A DNA stretch of 16,266 nt from Myxococcota bacterium (GCA_036338695.1 JAYZBQ010000020.1:1-16266), one strand, 5' to 3'. Numbered from the stretch's first letter, positions 1-7,612 are shown. Notes: generated by a model not told the origin, from the letters alone. Translations and numbers: made by a program.

Positions 1-1365
1 CTCGGATGGGTCCGCACGAAGCTGGCTCGCCGAGCCGAGCAGCGTCGACAGGGTCACCGCGGCCGATGATCGGATCGAGAGGTTGTTATCGATCGTTTGA
101 TCGCAGTTCTGATCGACGCCATCGCACCACTCCGGAGCGCCAGGGTAGCGCGACGGGTCGGCGTCGTCACAGTCGGTTTGTCCCTCAGCCAGGTTCGGCG
201 TTCCCAGGCACGCTTGCGTCATCTGACCATTTTGCGCGCCGAAGCCGTCTCCGTCTTGGTCGGGATAGAGCGGCAGAAGCGCCAGCCCCTCGTCGACCTG
301 ATCATCGCAGTTGTTGTCGAGCCCATCGCAGCGCTCGTTTGCGCCTGGGTGGTCCTGATTCGAGGCGTCATTGCAGTCGCCTGAGTCCAGCGCATAGTTC
401 TCAGGGCGTCGGCAGGCTTTTATCAGGCTGTCGTCGCGCCCATAACCGTCACCGTCTTGGTCCAGATAGAAATTCAAGTAGGGTTCGTCGGATAAGCCGT
501 CGGTGCAGTTGTTATCGACCTCGTCGCAGACCTCAAGTTTACCGGGGTGGCGATCGTCGTCTTCATCGTCGCAGTCCGTGCCGTCAGCCACCTCGTCTTC
601 AAGCGGAGCACAACGGATGGTGGCGCGGTCGGGGTCCCCGTAACCGTCACCATCTGCGTCAACATAGTAGGGGCGCAGCGCCTCTTCGTCGATGGCGCCG
701 TCGCAGTCGTTGTCCTTGTTGTCGCAGAGCTCGTCGAGGCCAGGCGCTCGCTGCGCGTCGGTGTCATCGCAGTCCCCCGACGTGCTCACGAAGCCCTCGG
801 GCCTCAGGCAGGCTCGGACCTCAACCTCCGCCGTGCCCACTCCATCGCGGTCTTGATCGCGGTACCAAGTGAGTTCGAGTCCTTCGTCGACTAAGCCGTC
901 GCAGTCGTTGTCGCGACCGTCACAGGTCTCCTCGGGCTGGGCGAGGTCGATCGTGCAGCTGTACTCGCAGCCGTTGGCGCTCTGGCCGTCGATGTCGAAG
1001 AACCCCGGCTTGCAGCGCGCCAGCTGGCAGCTGCGCTCGGCGCACTGACCAAAAGCGTTGGGGTAGACACAGCGCCGTCCACACGCACCGCAGTTGTTGG
1101 GGTCGCTGCTGAGATCCGCCCCCCCACACAGGGGGAGCTGATTGCCTTTGCATTGGCTCACACCGGGGATGCAGGCGCCCACTGGACCGCAGGCGTAGCC
1201 ATCAGCGCAGTCGCAGTCGTTGTTGCACGCCGTTAGGCAGAGTCCTTCAAGGCAGACGCTGCCGACGCTGCAGTCAGCGGATTCCGAACACACGAGCGCC
1301 GGCTCGCAGGAGCAGGACCATCCTGTCATCATGAGCGTCACGATGAGAATGGTCCAGCGGCTCAT
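1..1365 (-). CDS. Secreted/lipoprotein Cys- and Asp-rich repeat protein (MopE-related putative metal-binding repeats); partial, runs off left edge
   Basis: Manually translated: ATG at 1365 overlaps the RNase E stop (ATGA) and the frame stays open for 455 codons to position 1. Begins MSRWTILIVTLMMTGWSCSC, then a Cys-rich region with DLSSDPNNCGACGRRC and GFFDIDGQSANGCEY, then repeats of Y-x-D-x-DGDG(Y/F)G...DCDD...PG..E-x-CD-x-x-DN-x-C. Absent from the ORF track because there is no stop in the window. Confidence 0.92.
   Translation of the reverse strand, partial: MSRWTILIVTLMMTGWSCSCEPALVCSESADCSVGSVCLEGLCLTACNNDCDCADGYACGPVGACIPGVSQCKGNQLPLCGGADLSSDPNNCGACGRRCVYPNAFGQCAERSCQLARCKPGFFDIDGQSANGCEYSCTIDLAQPEETCDGRDNDCDGLVDEGLELTWYRDQDRDGVGTAEVEVRACLRPEGFVSTSGDCDDTDAQRAPGLDELCDNKDNDCDGAIDEEALRPYYVDADGDGYGDPDRATIRCAPLEDEVADGTDCDDEDDDRHPGKLEVCDEVDNNCTDGLSDEPYLNFYLDQDGDGYGRDDSLIKACRRPENYALDSGDCNDASNQDHPGANERCDGLDNNCDDQVDEGLALLPLYPDQDGDGFGAQNGQMTQACLGTPNLAEGQTDCDDADPSRYPGAPEWCDGVDQNCDQTIDNNLSIRSSAAVTLSTLLGSASQLRADPSE
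90..930 (-). repeat. Protein-level tandem repeat, five E-x-C-D-x-x-D-(N/Q)-x-C motifs
   Basis: First Cys codons of ETCDGRDNDC, ELCDNKDNDC, EVCDEVDNNC, ERCDGLDNNC and EWCDGVDQNC begin at 924, 726, 528, 330 and 126, giving spacings of 66, 66, 66 and 68 codons. Four intervening DxDxDG loops. Confidence 0.9.
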
Positions 1366-3119
1366 GATGCGGACGCAGCCAAGGGTGGGGGTTCCTCATA
1401 AGCCGTCGGCTGCTCGCCTTGCTCCGCGCGCTCGAGCCCGGTGACGAGCTCATCGATCAGGCGCTCTTGAGCGGGCGGGTGCTCGTCGCAGCGCCTCAAA
1501 AAATCGGCGTTGCTCTCGGATCGCTTCTTTCCGCCGCGCCGTCGCCTCCGCCGCCGTCGCTTGCGAGGGGCGTCCGACTCAGCAGGCGTGTCCTGTGCTT
1601 CTGCACCAACTTGAACCGGCGGCTCGAGCGCCGTGAGCTCCTCAGCGAGGACGCGCGGTTCATCCGAGGAGGAGCCGTCCCGCTGCCGCTCTTCGACCTC
1701 GAAGGGCGCCTCGATGTCGGCGTCCGTGGTCGCAAGAACAACGATCTGACACCGGTAGTTCGACTCAAGCTCCGCCAGCGCACCACGAAACCGGTTGGAC
1801 AACTCATTAGCGACGTGGAGCGGCAGGCGCACGGTCAGGCGCTCGATCCAGCCCATGCCACGCCGGAGCTGAGCCTCGATGCGCCGCCGAACCTCTGAGG
1901 CTTGGTAGCGATTCGACGGGACGGATCCACGCCCTCCGCAGTGGGTGCACACCACCTCGTCGAGTTGGTTCCCGCGCGAGCGGAGGCGCTTGCGGGTCAT
2001 GTCCAGCGTCCCGGTCGGACCGATCGTGTAGATGCGATGGCGCGAACGGTCGCTCTTCAGCGCCGCCTTGAAGGTCTTCTCGACCTCCCGCTTTTCAGCC
2101 GTGCGTTCCATGTCGATAAAGTCGATGACGATGATCCCGCCGAGGTCTCGTAGCCTGATCTCTCGAGCGATGGTTTTCGCGGCTTCAAGGTTGGTTCGGA
2201 CCGCCACGAGGTCGGCGCTTTGCCCCCGTGTGCGCCCCGAGTTAACGTCGATCGCCACCAGCGCCTCGGTTTGGTCGATCACGATCGAGCCGCCTCCGGG
2301 CATGGGGACGTTGCGCTCGCTCAAGCGGGCGATCTGCGCCTCGATCCTGGCGGACTCAAACAGGGGCGTCTTGCCCGTGTGGAGCTTGACCGGGATCTGT
2401 CGGCGGGTCCCCAGCTGCGCCAGGTGCAACTCGACGCGCTCCTTGGCGTGCTCGGAGTCGACGATAACCTCGTCGATTTTGACCCCGAGCAGGTCGCGTA
2501 AGACCCTCATGTAAGGGTCGGTCTCCCGGAACAAAAGGCAGTGGTTGTTCGCCTTTTTGCTCTCGGCGAGGAGACGCTTCCAGAGCCTCAGGCTGCGCTT
2601 GATATCTTGCTCGATCGCCGCTTTGGTTTGTCCGATGGCGGCGGTCCGCAGGATCACGCCGAAGCCTTCCGGTCGGTCGATCTTTTTGAGCATGGTGCGC
2701 AGGCGGTCCCGCTCTTTGTCGTTGCGGATTTTTCGACTGACGCCGCCGCTGTCTGCGCCCGGCATAACGACGGAGAAGCGCCCAGGGAGGGAGATGAACC
2801 CCGTCATGGCAGCGCCCTTCGAGCCCACCGGTTCACGTTTGACCTGCACCGGAATTAAGGTGCCGGGCTTGAGCTTGCCGGGGTTCTCGAGATGGGCGGG
2901 CAGATCACTGAGCGGCACGAAGCCGTCTTTCTCCATGCCAAAGTCGACGAAGGCTGCCTCGTGGCGCTTGTCGATGCGCGCCAGCTTGGCGAGGTAGATG
3001 TTGCCGATGAGTTCTTGGGCGTCGGCCCGCTCGACCAGAAATTCGACGAGCTCCTTGTTCTCGACAAGGGCTACACGGACTTCTTCTGAGTCACCAGCGT
3101 TGATGAGTAAACGAGTCAA
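1362..3119 (-). CDS. rne: Ribonuclease E/G family endoribonuclease
   Basis: S1 region GNIYLAK..AAFVDFG..KDGF, VQVKREPVGSKGA, catalytic VAIDVNSG and IVIDFIDM, Zn-link CTHCGGRG, and an acidic plus Arg-rich tail. TTG start with GGAGG 9 nt upstream. The rne versus rng distinction is uncertain; the Zn-link and Arg-rich tail favour rne. Confidence 0.93.
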   Translation of the reverse strand: MTRLLINAGDSEEVRVALVENKELVEFLVERADAQELIGNIYLAKLARIDKRHEAAFVDFGMEKDGFVPLSDLPAHLENPGKLKPGTLIPVQVKREPVGSKGAAMTGFISLPGRFSVVMPGADSGGVSRKIRNDKERDRLRTMLKKIDRPEGFGVILRTAAIGQTKAAIEQDIKRSLRLWKRLLAESKKANNHCLLFRETDPYMRVLRDLLGVKIDEVIVDSEHAKERVELHLAQLGTRRQIPVKLHTGKTPLFESARIEAQIARLSERNVPMPGGGSIVIDQTEALVAIDVNSGRTRGQSADLVAVRTNLEAAKTIAREIRLRDLGGIIVIDFIDMERTAEKREVEKTFKAALKSDRSRHRIYTIGPTGTLDMTRKRLRSRGNQLDEVVCTHCGGRGSVPSNRYQASEVRRRIEAQLRRGMGWIERLTVRLPLHVANELSNRFRGALAELESNYRCQIVVLATTDADIEAPFEVEERQRDGSSSDEPRVLAEELTALEPPVQVGAEAQDTPAESDAPRKRRRRRRRRGGKKRSESNADFLRRCDEHPPAQERLIDELVTGLERAEQGEQPTAYEEPPPLAASAS

Positions 3120-3168
3120 TAGGTCGTGCCTCCATGCACGGACGCAGGGCTTTGCCCTGCACGACTAT
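3119..3168 (-). promoter_or_regulatory. Structured rne translation-initiation region
   Basis: SD GGAGG at 3133-3129; hairpin GCAGGGC-AAA-GCCCUGC (3160-3144); hairpin CGUGC-AUGGAG-GCACG (3140-3125) with the SD in its loop; alternative pairing of 3168-3159 with 3129-3119. Confidence 0.45.
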
Positions 3169-3217
3169 AGCGTCAAATCCGACCGGTCGACCATAGGTCG
3201 CTGCGGCTCGGAGATCG

Positions 3218-5227
3218 CTATCGTAGGGGCGGCATTTTTCCATCCGCCAAGCGTTGTTTGTAATCGGCGAGCGCTGCGCGCACCTTGGGCAGCAGCAGGG
3301 CACAGCCGATAATGTTGGGAAACGCCATCGACAAAATCATCAGGTCCGAGAACGTGATCACGGTATCGAGCGAGCCAATGGCGCCAACAAAGACGAAGAA
3401 GACAAAGATCACCTTGTAGACGATGATCGAGCCGTCGTGGAAGGATCGGTCGCCGAGCTTGAGGTGCCGACCGAAGAGGTATTCCCACGAACGCTCGCCG
3501 TAATAGCTCCAGCTGATCATGGTGCTAAAGGCGAACAGTAAAACGGCGAAGCTGAGGACCCACGGGAACCAGCTTAGGACGGTCGCAAAGGCGTTCTCGG
3601 TCAAGAGGACGCCGTTGAGATCCGTGGTGTAGGCGCCGGTGACGACCACGACGAGGCCGGTCATGGCGCAGACGATGATGGTGTCGAGGAAGGGCTCCAT
3701 CATCGCCACCATCCCCTCACGCACAGGCTCGGTCGTCTTCGTCGCCGAGTGGGCGATCGCTGACGAGCCGATGCCGGCTTCGTTCGAGAAGGCGGCGCGG
3801 GTAAAGCCGATCACGAGGATCCCGAGAAATCCGCCCGCAACCGCCTCGCCGGAGAAAGCCGACGACAGGATGATGCCGACGGCCCCCGGGAGCTCGGTCA
3901 GGTTCGCCAGCAAGACCGTGAACCCGCCGACCAAGTACACCACGACCATGGTCGGTACGATGCGCTCCGCAACGCGCCCGATGCTCTGAATCCCTCCGAT
4001 GATCACGAGCGCCACCAGCACCGCCATCACCAGACCGAAAATCCAGCCTTTGTCGGCGAGCGCTGGGAGCCGCGCGCTCACTGCGGCGAAGGCTTGGTTC
4101 GCTTGGAACATGTTCCCGCCGCCAAAGCTGCCGCCGATGCAAAAGATGGCGAAGATCACGGCGAGCACCTTGCCGAGCGCCCCCATACCACGCTCCGCTA
4201 ACCCTTTGCTCAGGTACAAGAACGCGCCGCCCTCGACGTGCCCGTCCTCGTGAATCTCACGGTATTGCTGGGCGAGCGTCGACTCGACGAACTTGGACGC
4301 CATGCCGAAGAAGGCCAGGAACATCATCCAAAAGACAGCCCCCGGTCCGCCCTTGTGGACCGCCACCGCAACCCCTGCGATGTTGCCAAGACCGACGGTC
4401 GCTGAGAGCGCTGAGCTGAACGCTTGGCTGTGCGTCACCTCGCCCGGCGCGTCCGGGTCGTCGTAGCGACCTCGGATGACCGAGATGGCGTGCTTGAACC
4501 CGAACAAGTTCACAAAGCCGGTACCAAAGGTGAAGCCGATCGCGCCGAGGATCAACACGAGGACCACGACGGGGACCTCTGGCGTACCCTGAGGGACGGG
4601 CGCCAAAAGCTTGGCGAGCTCAGCGCGCGCTTCGCCGCCCGAGAGGCTCACGAACCCGTCGGCGTCCTTCTCCACGGCCAGGCTAAAGCGCCCGAGCTCA
4701 TTGTCTCCGAGGCTGAGCGCCACCGACCAGGCGCCTTTGGCTGAGTCGAACGCCTGGGTCAGCCGATGGGTGGGCTGAGCTGACTTAACCGGCGGGTCGA
4801 GCAGCTGCACACGCCGAGCCTTGCCCGCAGCCGCCAGGACCACCCCATAGGTCGCTTCCACTTCATTCGGGCAAAGGCTTGTCATACCTGTTGCCTTTTC
4901 GGTGACGACGACGGCGCCTGGCGAGCCGACGGGCGAGTAAAAGAGGACCTTGAGCATGACACCGACGGCGCCTTCGACGGCGCCGTTGATGGTCGCCTCG
5001 ATGCCCTCGGGACCTGCAGTCTTCTGCTCAGCCGGGCAGTTGCGAACGAGTTGCGCAGGGATCGCCTTAGAGGCAGGCTGCGCAACCTGGTTGGGCGCGT
5101 CTTTTGCGTTGGGTTTGACCGGGGCCGTCGCGGCTTCGGTGGGCGCTGCGGTGGTGTCAGGGCTCTGGGCGATACCGGTTGATGCGACGAGCAAGAGCGC
5201 AAGCGGGAGACGGAAAAGTGTGCTCAA
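3218..5227 (-). CDS. Alanine/glycine:cation symporter (AGCS, AlsT/AgcS family) with long exported N-terminal extension
   Basis: GEVTHSQAFSSALSATVGLGNIAGVA..GGPGAVFWM, GGGNMFQAN, FSNEAGIGS, FAFSTMISWSYYGE and MAFPNIIG motifs; many hydrophobic helices; signal-peptide-like N-terminus after a TTG start preceded by AAGGA. Confidence 0.93.
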   Translation of the reverse strand: MSTLFRLPLALLLVASTGIAQSPDTTAAPTEAATAPVKPNAKDAPNQVAQPASKAIPAQLVRNCPAEQKTAGPEGIEATINGAVEGAVGVMLKVLFYSPVGSPGAVVVTEKATGMTSLCPNEVEATYGVVLAAAGKARRVQLLDPPVKSAQPTHRLTQAFDSAKGAWSVALSLGDNELGRFSLAVEKDADGFVSLSGGEARAELAKLLAPVPQGTPEVPVVVLVLILGAIGFTFGTGFVNLFGFKHAISVIRGRYDDPDAPGEVTHSQAFSSALSATVGLGNIAGVAVAVHKGGPGAVFWMMFLAFFGMASKFVESTLAQQYREIHEDGHVEGGAFLYLSKGLAERGMGALGKVLAVIFAIFCIGGSFGGGNMFQANQAFAAVSARLPALADKGWIFGLVMAVLVALVIIGGIQSIGRVAERIVPTMVVVYLVGGFTVLLANLTELPGAVGIILSSAFSGEAVAGGFLGILVIGFTRAAFSNEAGIGSSAIAHSATKTTEPVREGMVAMMEPFLDTIIVCAMTGLVVVVTGAYTTDLNGVLLTENAFATVLSWFPWVLSFAVLLFAFSTMISWSYYGERSWEYLFGRHLKLGDRSFHDGSIIVYKVIFVFFVFVGAIGSLDTVITFSDLMILSMAFPNIIGCALLLPKVRAALADYKQRLADGKMPPLR

Positions 5228-5337
5228 AGGGGTCCTTTGCGAGGCGCGGCCTCAAATTGTCCGATGGGGGTCCTTACACGTCTGCAGGACTTGCGGCAAT
5301 TGTTGTTCCGGGTGCACAAAAGCGCAGGAGCCACACC

Positions 5338-6183
5338 ATGAAGTCCGTCACGTTCAGCGTCTGCGTCGCCTTGCTCACGCTCTCAGCCGTCGCGGAGGGT
5401 ACCGTCCGAAAGAAGGGCGTCTTTATGAACAGCGTCCTGGTGATGGGGCCGGACGCACACGTCAGCCTCTACAACGAGAGCGACGAAGAGATCGACTTGT
5501 CGGGTTGGTCGCTGAACCACGAAAATACCGGTGCCAAGAAAGGGGATTGGACCTTCCCCGACGGGACCACGCTTGCGCCGGGTGAGAGCCTGGTGCTGGC
5601 GAACAGCGCTGCCGAGTACAGGAAAGCGCGCGGGAAGAACCCCGACCTCGAGATCGGCGTGGGGGATGGGATCAAAGACGATGACTCCGTCGCCAACGTC
5701 GTCAGCGCTGACGGGGCGGGTGTGATCCGAAGCAGCGACGATGAGGACGGCGCATTGGTCTTGCGTGACGCGAAGGGCGCGCTCAAAGGGCACATGGGCT
5801 TTCGCCCGGACCCCCCTGCGCATGTTGTTCAAGAGCAGGCGAAGTGGAATGAGATCCCGACGGCGGCGGAGCTCGCCGGTCTGGACGGGGCGTCCAAAGC
5901 GGCAGCCGACGGCGGGCGCGCTGAGCCCGAGGTGCCGGCGGATGATCCCGGCGCAGCAGCCCAAAAACCGCAAGGCGCCGAGGCGGTTGATGCGGACGCG
6001 GTGAAGGAGAAGCTCGCAGCGCTCGAGGCGCAGCAGGTCCCTGCTCCGGCGACGGAATCTGGGGCGGCGGCGCCGCCGCAGGATCAAGCTGTGTCCGCTG
6101 AGACCAGCTCGGCTTGGCTCTGGATCAGCGCCGTGCTGGCCCTTTTGATCGGTGGCTTCTTCTGGTTTCGGCGCCCGGGATGA
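5338..6183 (+). CDS. Exported lamin-tail-domain (LTD) protein with Ala/Pro/Glu-rich linker and C-terminal membrane anchor
   Basis: Start reassigned to ATG 5338 (AGGAG SD upstream). Signal peptide MKSVTFSVCVALLTLSAVA; LTD-like LYNESDEEIDLSGWSL..FPDGTTLAPGESLVL; C-terminal AWLWISAVLALLIGGFFWFRRPG; 281 aa. Confidence 0.8.
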   Translation: MKSVTFSVCVALLTLSAVAEGTVRKKGVFMNSVLVMGPDAHVSLYNESDEEIDLSGWSLNHENTGAKKGDWTFPDGTTLAPGESLVLANSAAEYRKARGKNPDLEIGVGDGIKDDDSVANVVSADGAGVIRSSDDEDGALVLRDAKGALKGHMGFRPDPPAHVVQEQAKWNEIPTAAELAGLDGASKAAADGGRAEPEVPADDPGAAAQKPQGAEAVDADAVKEKLAALEAQQVPAPATESGAAAPPQDQAVSAETSSAWLWISAVLALLIGGFFWFRRPG

Positions 6184-6578
6184 TGCGGCTCTTGGCGCTC
6201 GGCTTGATGCTGGGCGCGGCGTCAGCCGAAGCCAGCTGGGAGTTCGCTGGTCAAGGGACGCTCTCGAGCGCTGGTGTGGGGGCGCAGACCGAGGTTTATT
6301 ACAGCCCGCAGGGCTTCTGGGCGGTCGGCGCGCTGGCCAAGCTAGGCGCAGCGAATGGTTGGCACCCACAGCTGGCGATGCGCGGCTCGTTCGAGCTGTT
6401 TCGCTGGGTCCCGCGCCTGACCTTGCGGGCGGGCTATTTGGACCAGCTAACGTGGGGCGTTGACGCCGGTTACGATTACTTCGTGATGCGTCAGATGAGC
6501 GTTCGTTTACGCGCCGGCTGGGGGAGCGATGAGGGGCTGGAAGGTGGCCTCGGGCTCGCCTGGTTTCCGTTCGACTAG
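6180..6578 (+). CDS. Small predicted outer-membrane beta-barrel protein
   Basis: ATG 6180 overlaps the upstream TGA (ATGA). Signal peptide ending AEA; eight alternating-pattern segments rich in G/W/F/Y; C-terminal GLGLAWFPFD resembles a beta-signal; 132 aa. Confidence 0.75.
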   Translation: MMRLLALGLMLGAASAEASWEFAGQGTLSSAGVGAQTEVYYSPQGFWAVGALAKLGAANGWHPQLAMRGSFELFRWVPRLTLRAGYLDQLTWGVDAGYDYFVMRQMSVRLRAGWGSDEGLEGGLGLAWFPFD

Positions 6579-6655
6579 CGGGTAACGCCGGCTCCCGGTT
6601 GACAGCCGTTTCAACTCGTCGCAACCCCGGAGCGCACGTGCAACGGAGGTGCGCC

Positions 6656-7603
6656 ATGACCCGAATTCTGATCTCAGATGCTTACGCTCAGGAGGGGCTT
6701 GAAAAGCTCGAGCAGGCGGCGGATGTCGAGCTCGTCAACCGACCCGGCATGGGCGCCGAGGAGCTCTTGACGGTGATCGACTCCTTCGATGCGCTCGGCG
6801 TGCGTTCAGCGACCAAGGTGACGCCAGAGGTGATCGCTGCCTCCAAAGGGCGCCTTAAAGCCGTCGTCCGCGCGGGCGTTGGGGTCGATAACATCGATCT
6901 TGCGGCGGCAGCTGAAGCCGGCGTTGCGGTCATGAACACACCCTTTGGCAACACCGTCAGCGCCGCTGAACATGCCGTGGCTTTGCTCCTCGCTGTCTCG
7001 CGCAACATCCCGCAGGCGACGGCGTCGATGAAGGCGGGGCGTTGGGACAAGAAGAGGCTAGCAGGTCGTCAGCTCACGGGGCGCTGCGCCGGCGTGATCG
7101 GTTTTGGAAACATCGGTAAGGTCGTCGTCGACCGCCTCGTCGGGTTGCGTCTCAAGGTGTTGGTCAGCGACCCCATCGCAACGGCTGAGGACGTCGCCGC
7201 GCTCGGCGCTGAGCTGGTTGAGCCGGGCGTGTTGTTCGCTCAAGCCGACTACGTGACGCTGCACGTTCCGCTGGTGCCTGCGACCAAGCACCTGATCAAC
7301 GACGAGACCCTAGCTCAGATGAAGGATGACGCCTTCTTGATCTGCGCCGCCCGCGGGGGCGTGGTGGACGAGGAGGCGTTGCTTCGCTGCCTCAACGCAG
7401 GGCGGCTCAGCGGTGCGGCGCTGGACGTCTTTGCGAACGAGCCGGTCGCCTCGGACGATCCGCTGGTGGCGCACCCCAAGGTGATCTGCAGCCCGCACTT
7501 GGGCGCGTCCACGAAAGAGGCGCAGCTTCAGGTGAGCATCGACGCGGCGGATCAGCTGCTGCACTTCTTCAGGACGGGTGAAGCGCAGAACAAGGTCAAC
7601 TAA
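6656..7603 (+). CDS. serA: D-3-phosphoglycerate dehydrogenase-like D-2-hydroxyacid dehydrogenase, short form without ASB/ACT domains
   Basis: ATG 6656 with GGAGGT SD. VRSATKVT, RAGVGVDNID, NTPFGNTVSAAEH, GFGNIG, ARGGVVDE, AALDVF..EP and PHLGASTKEAQ motifs; 315 aa. Confidence 0.82.
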   Translation: MTRILISDAYAQEGLEKLEQAADVELVNRPGMGAEELLTVIDSFDALGVRSATKVTPEVIAASKGRLKAVVRAGVGVDNIDLAAAAEAGVAVMNTPFGNTVSAAEHAVALLLAVSRNIPQATASMKAGRWDKKRLAGRQLTGRCAGVIGFGNIGKVVVDRLVGLRLKVLVSDPIATAEDVAALGAELVEPGVLFAQADYVTLHVPLVPATKHLINDETLAQMKDDAFLICAARGGVVDEEALLRCLNAGRLSGAALDVFANEPVASDDPLVAHPKVICSPHLGASTKEAQLQVSIDAADQLLHFFRTGEAQNKVN

Positions 7604-7612
7604 GCGACTGCA

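Noticed and set aside
6..894. Plus-strand ORFs 6..872, 97..384 and 547..894
   Set aside because: Antisense shadows of the Cys/Asp repeat gene; Arg-rich or Val-rich composition typical of off-frame high-GC translation.
1119..1125. G7 run (minus strand) as a frameshift or phase-variation site
   Set aside because: The frame reads straight through (CGGADL), and 7 nt is unremarkable at this GC content.
5228..5337. Glycine riboswitch upstream of the AGCS symporter
   Set aside because: Expected from family context, but no glycine aptamer core motifs are visible on the minus strand and the gap is only 110 bp.
5179..5337. N-terminal extension of the LTD ORF from 5179
   Set aside because: Overlaps the divergent symporter start; the SD and signal peptide support ATG 5338.
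5383..6657. 424-aa minus-strand ORF
   Set aside because: Antisense to two well-formed genes, Arg/Pro-rich, with no recognisable motif.
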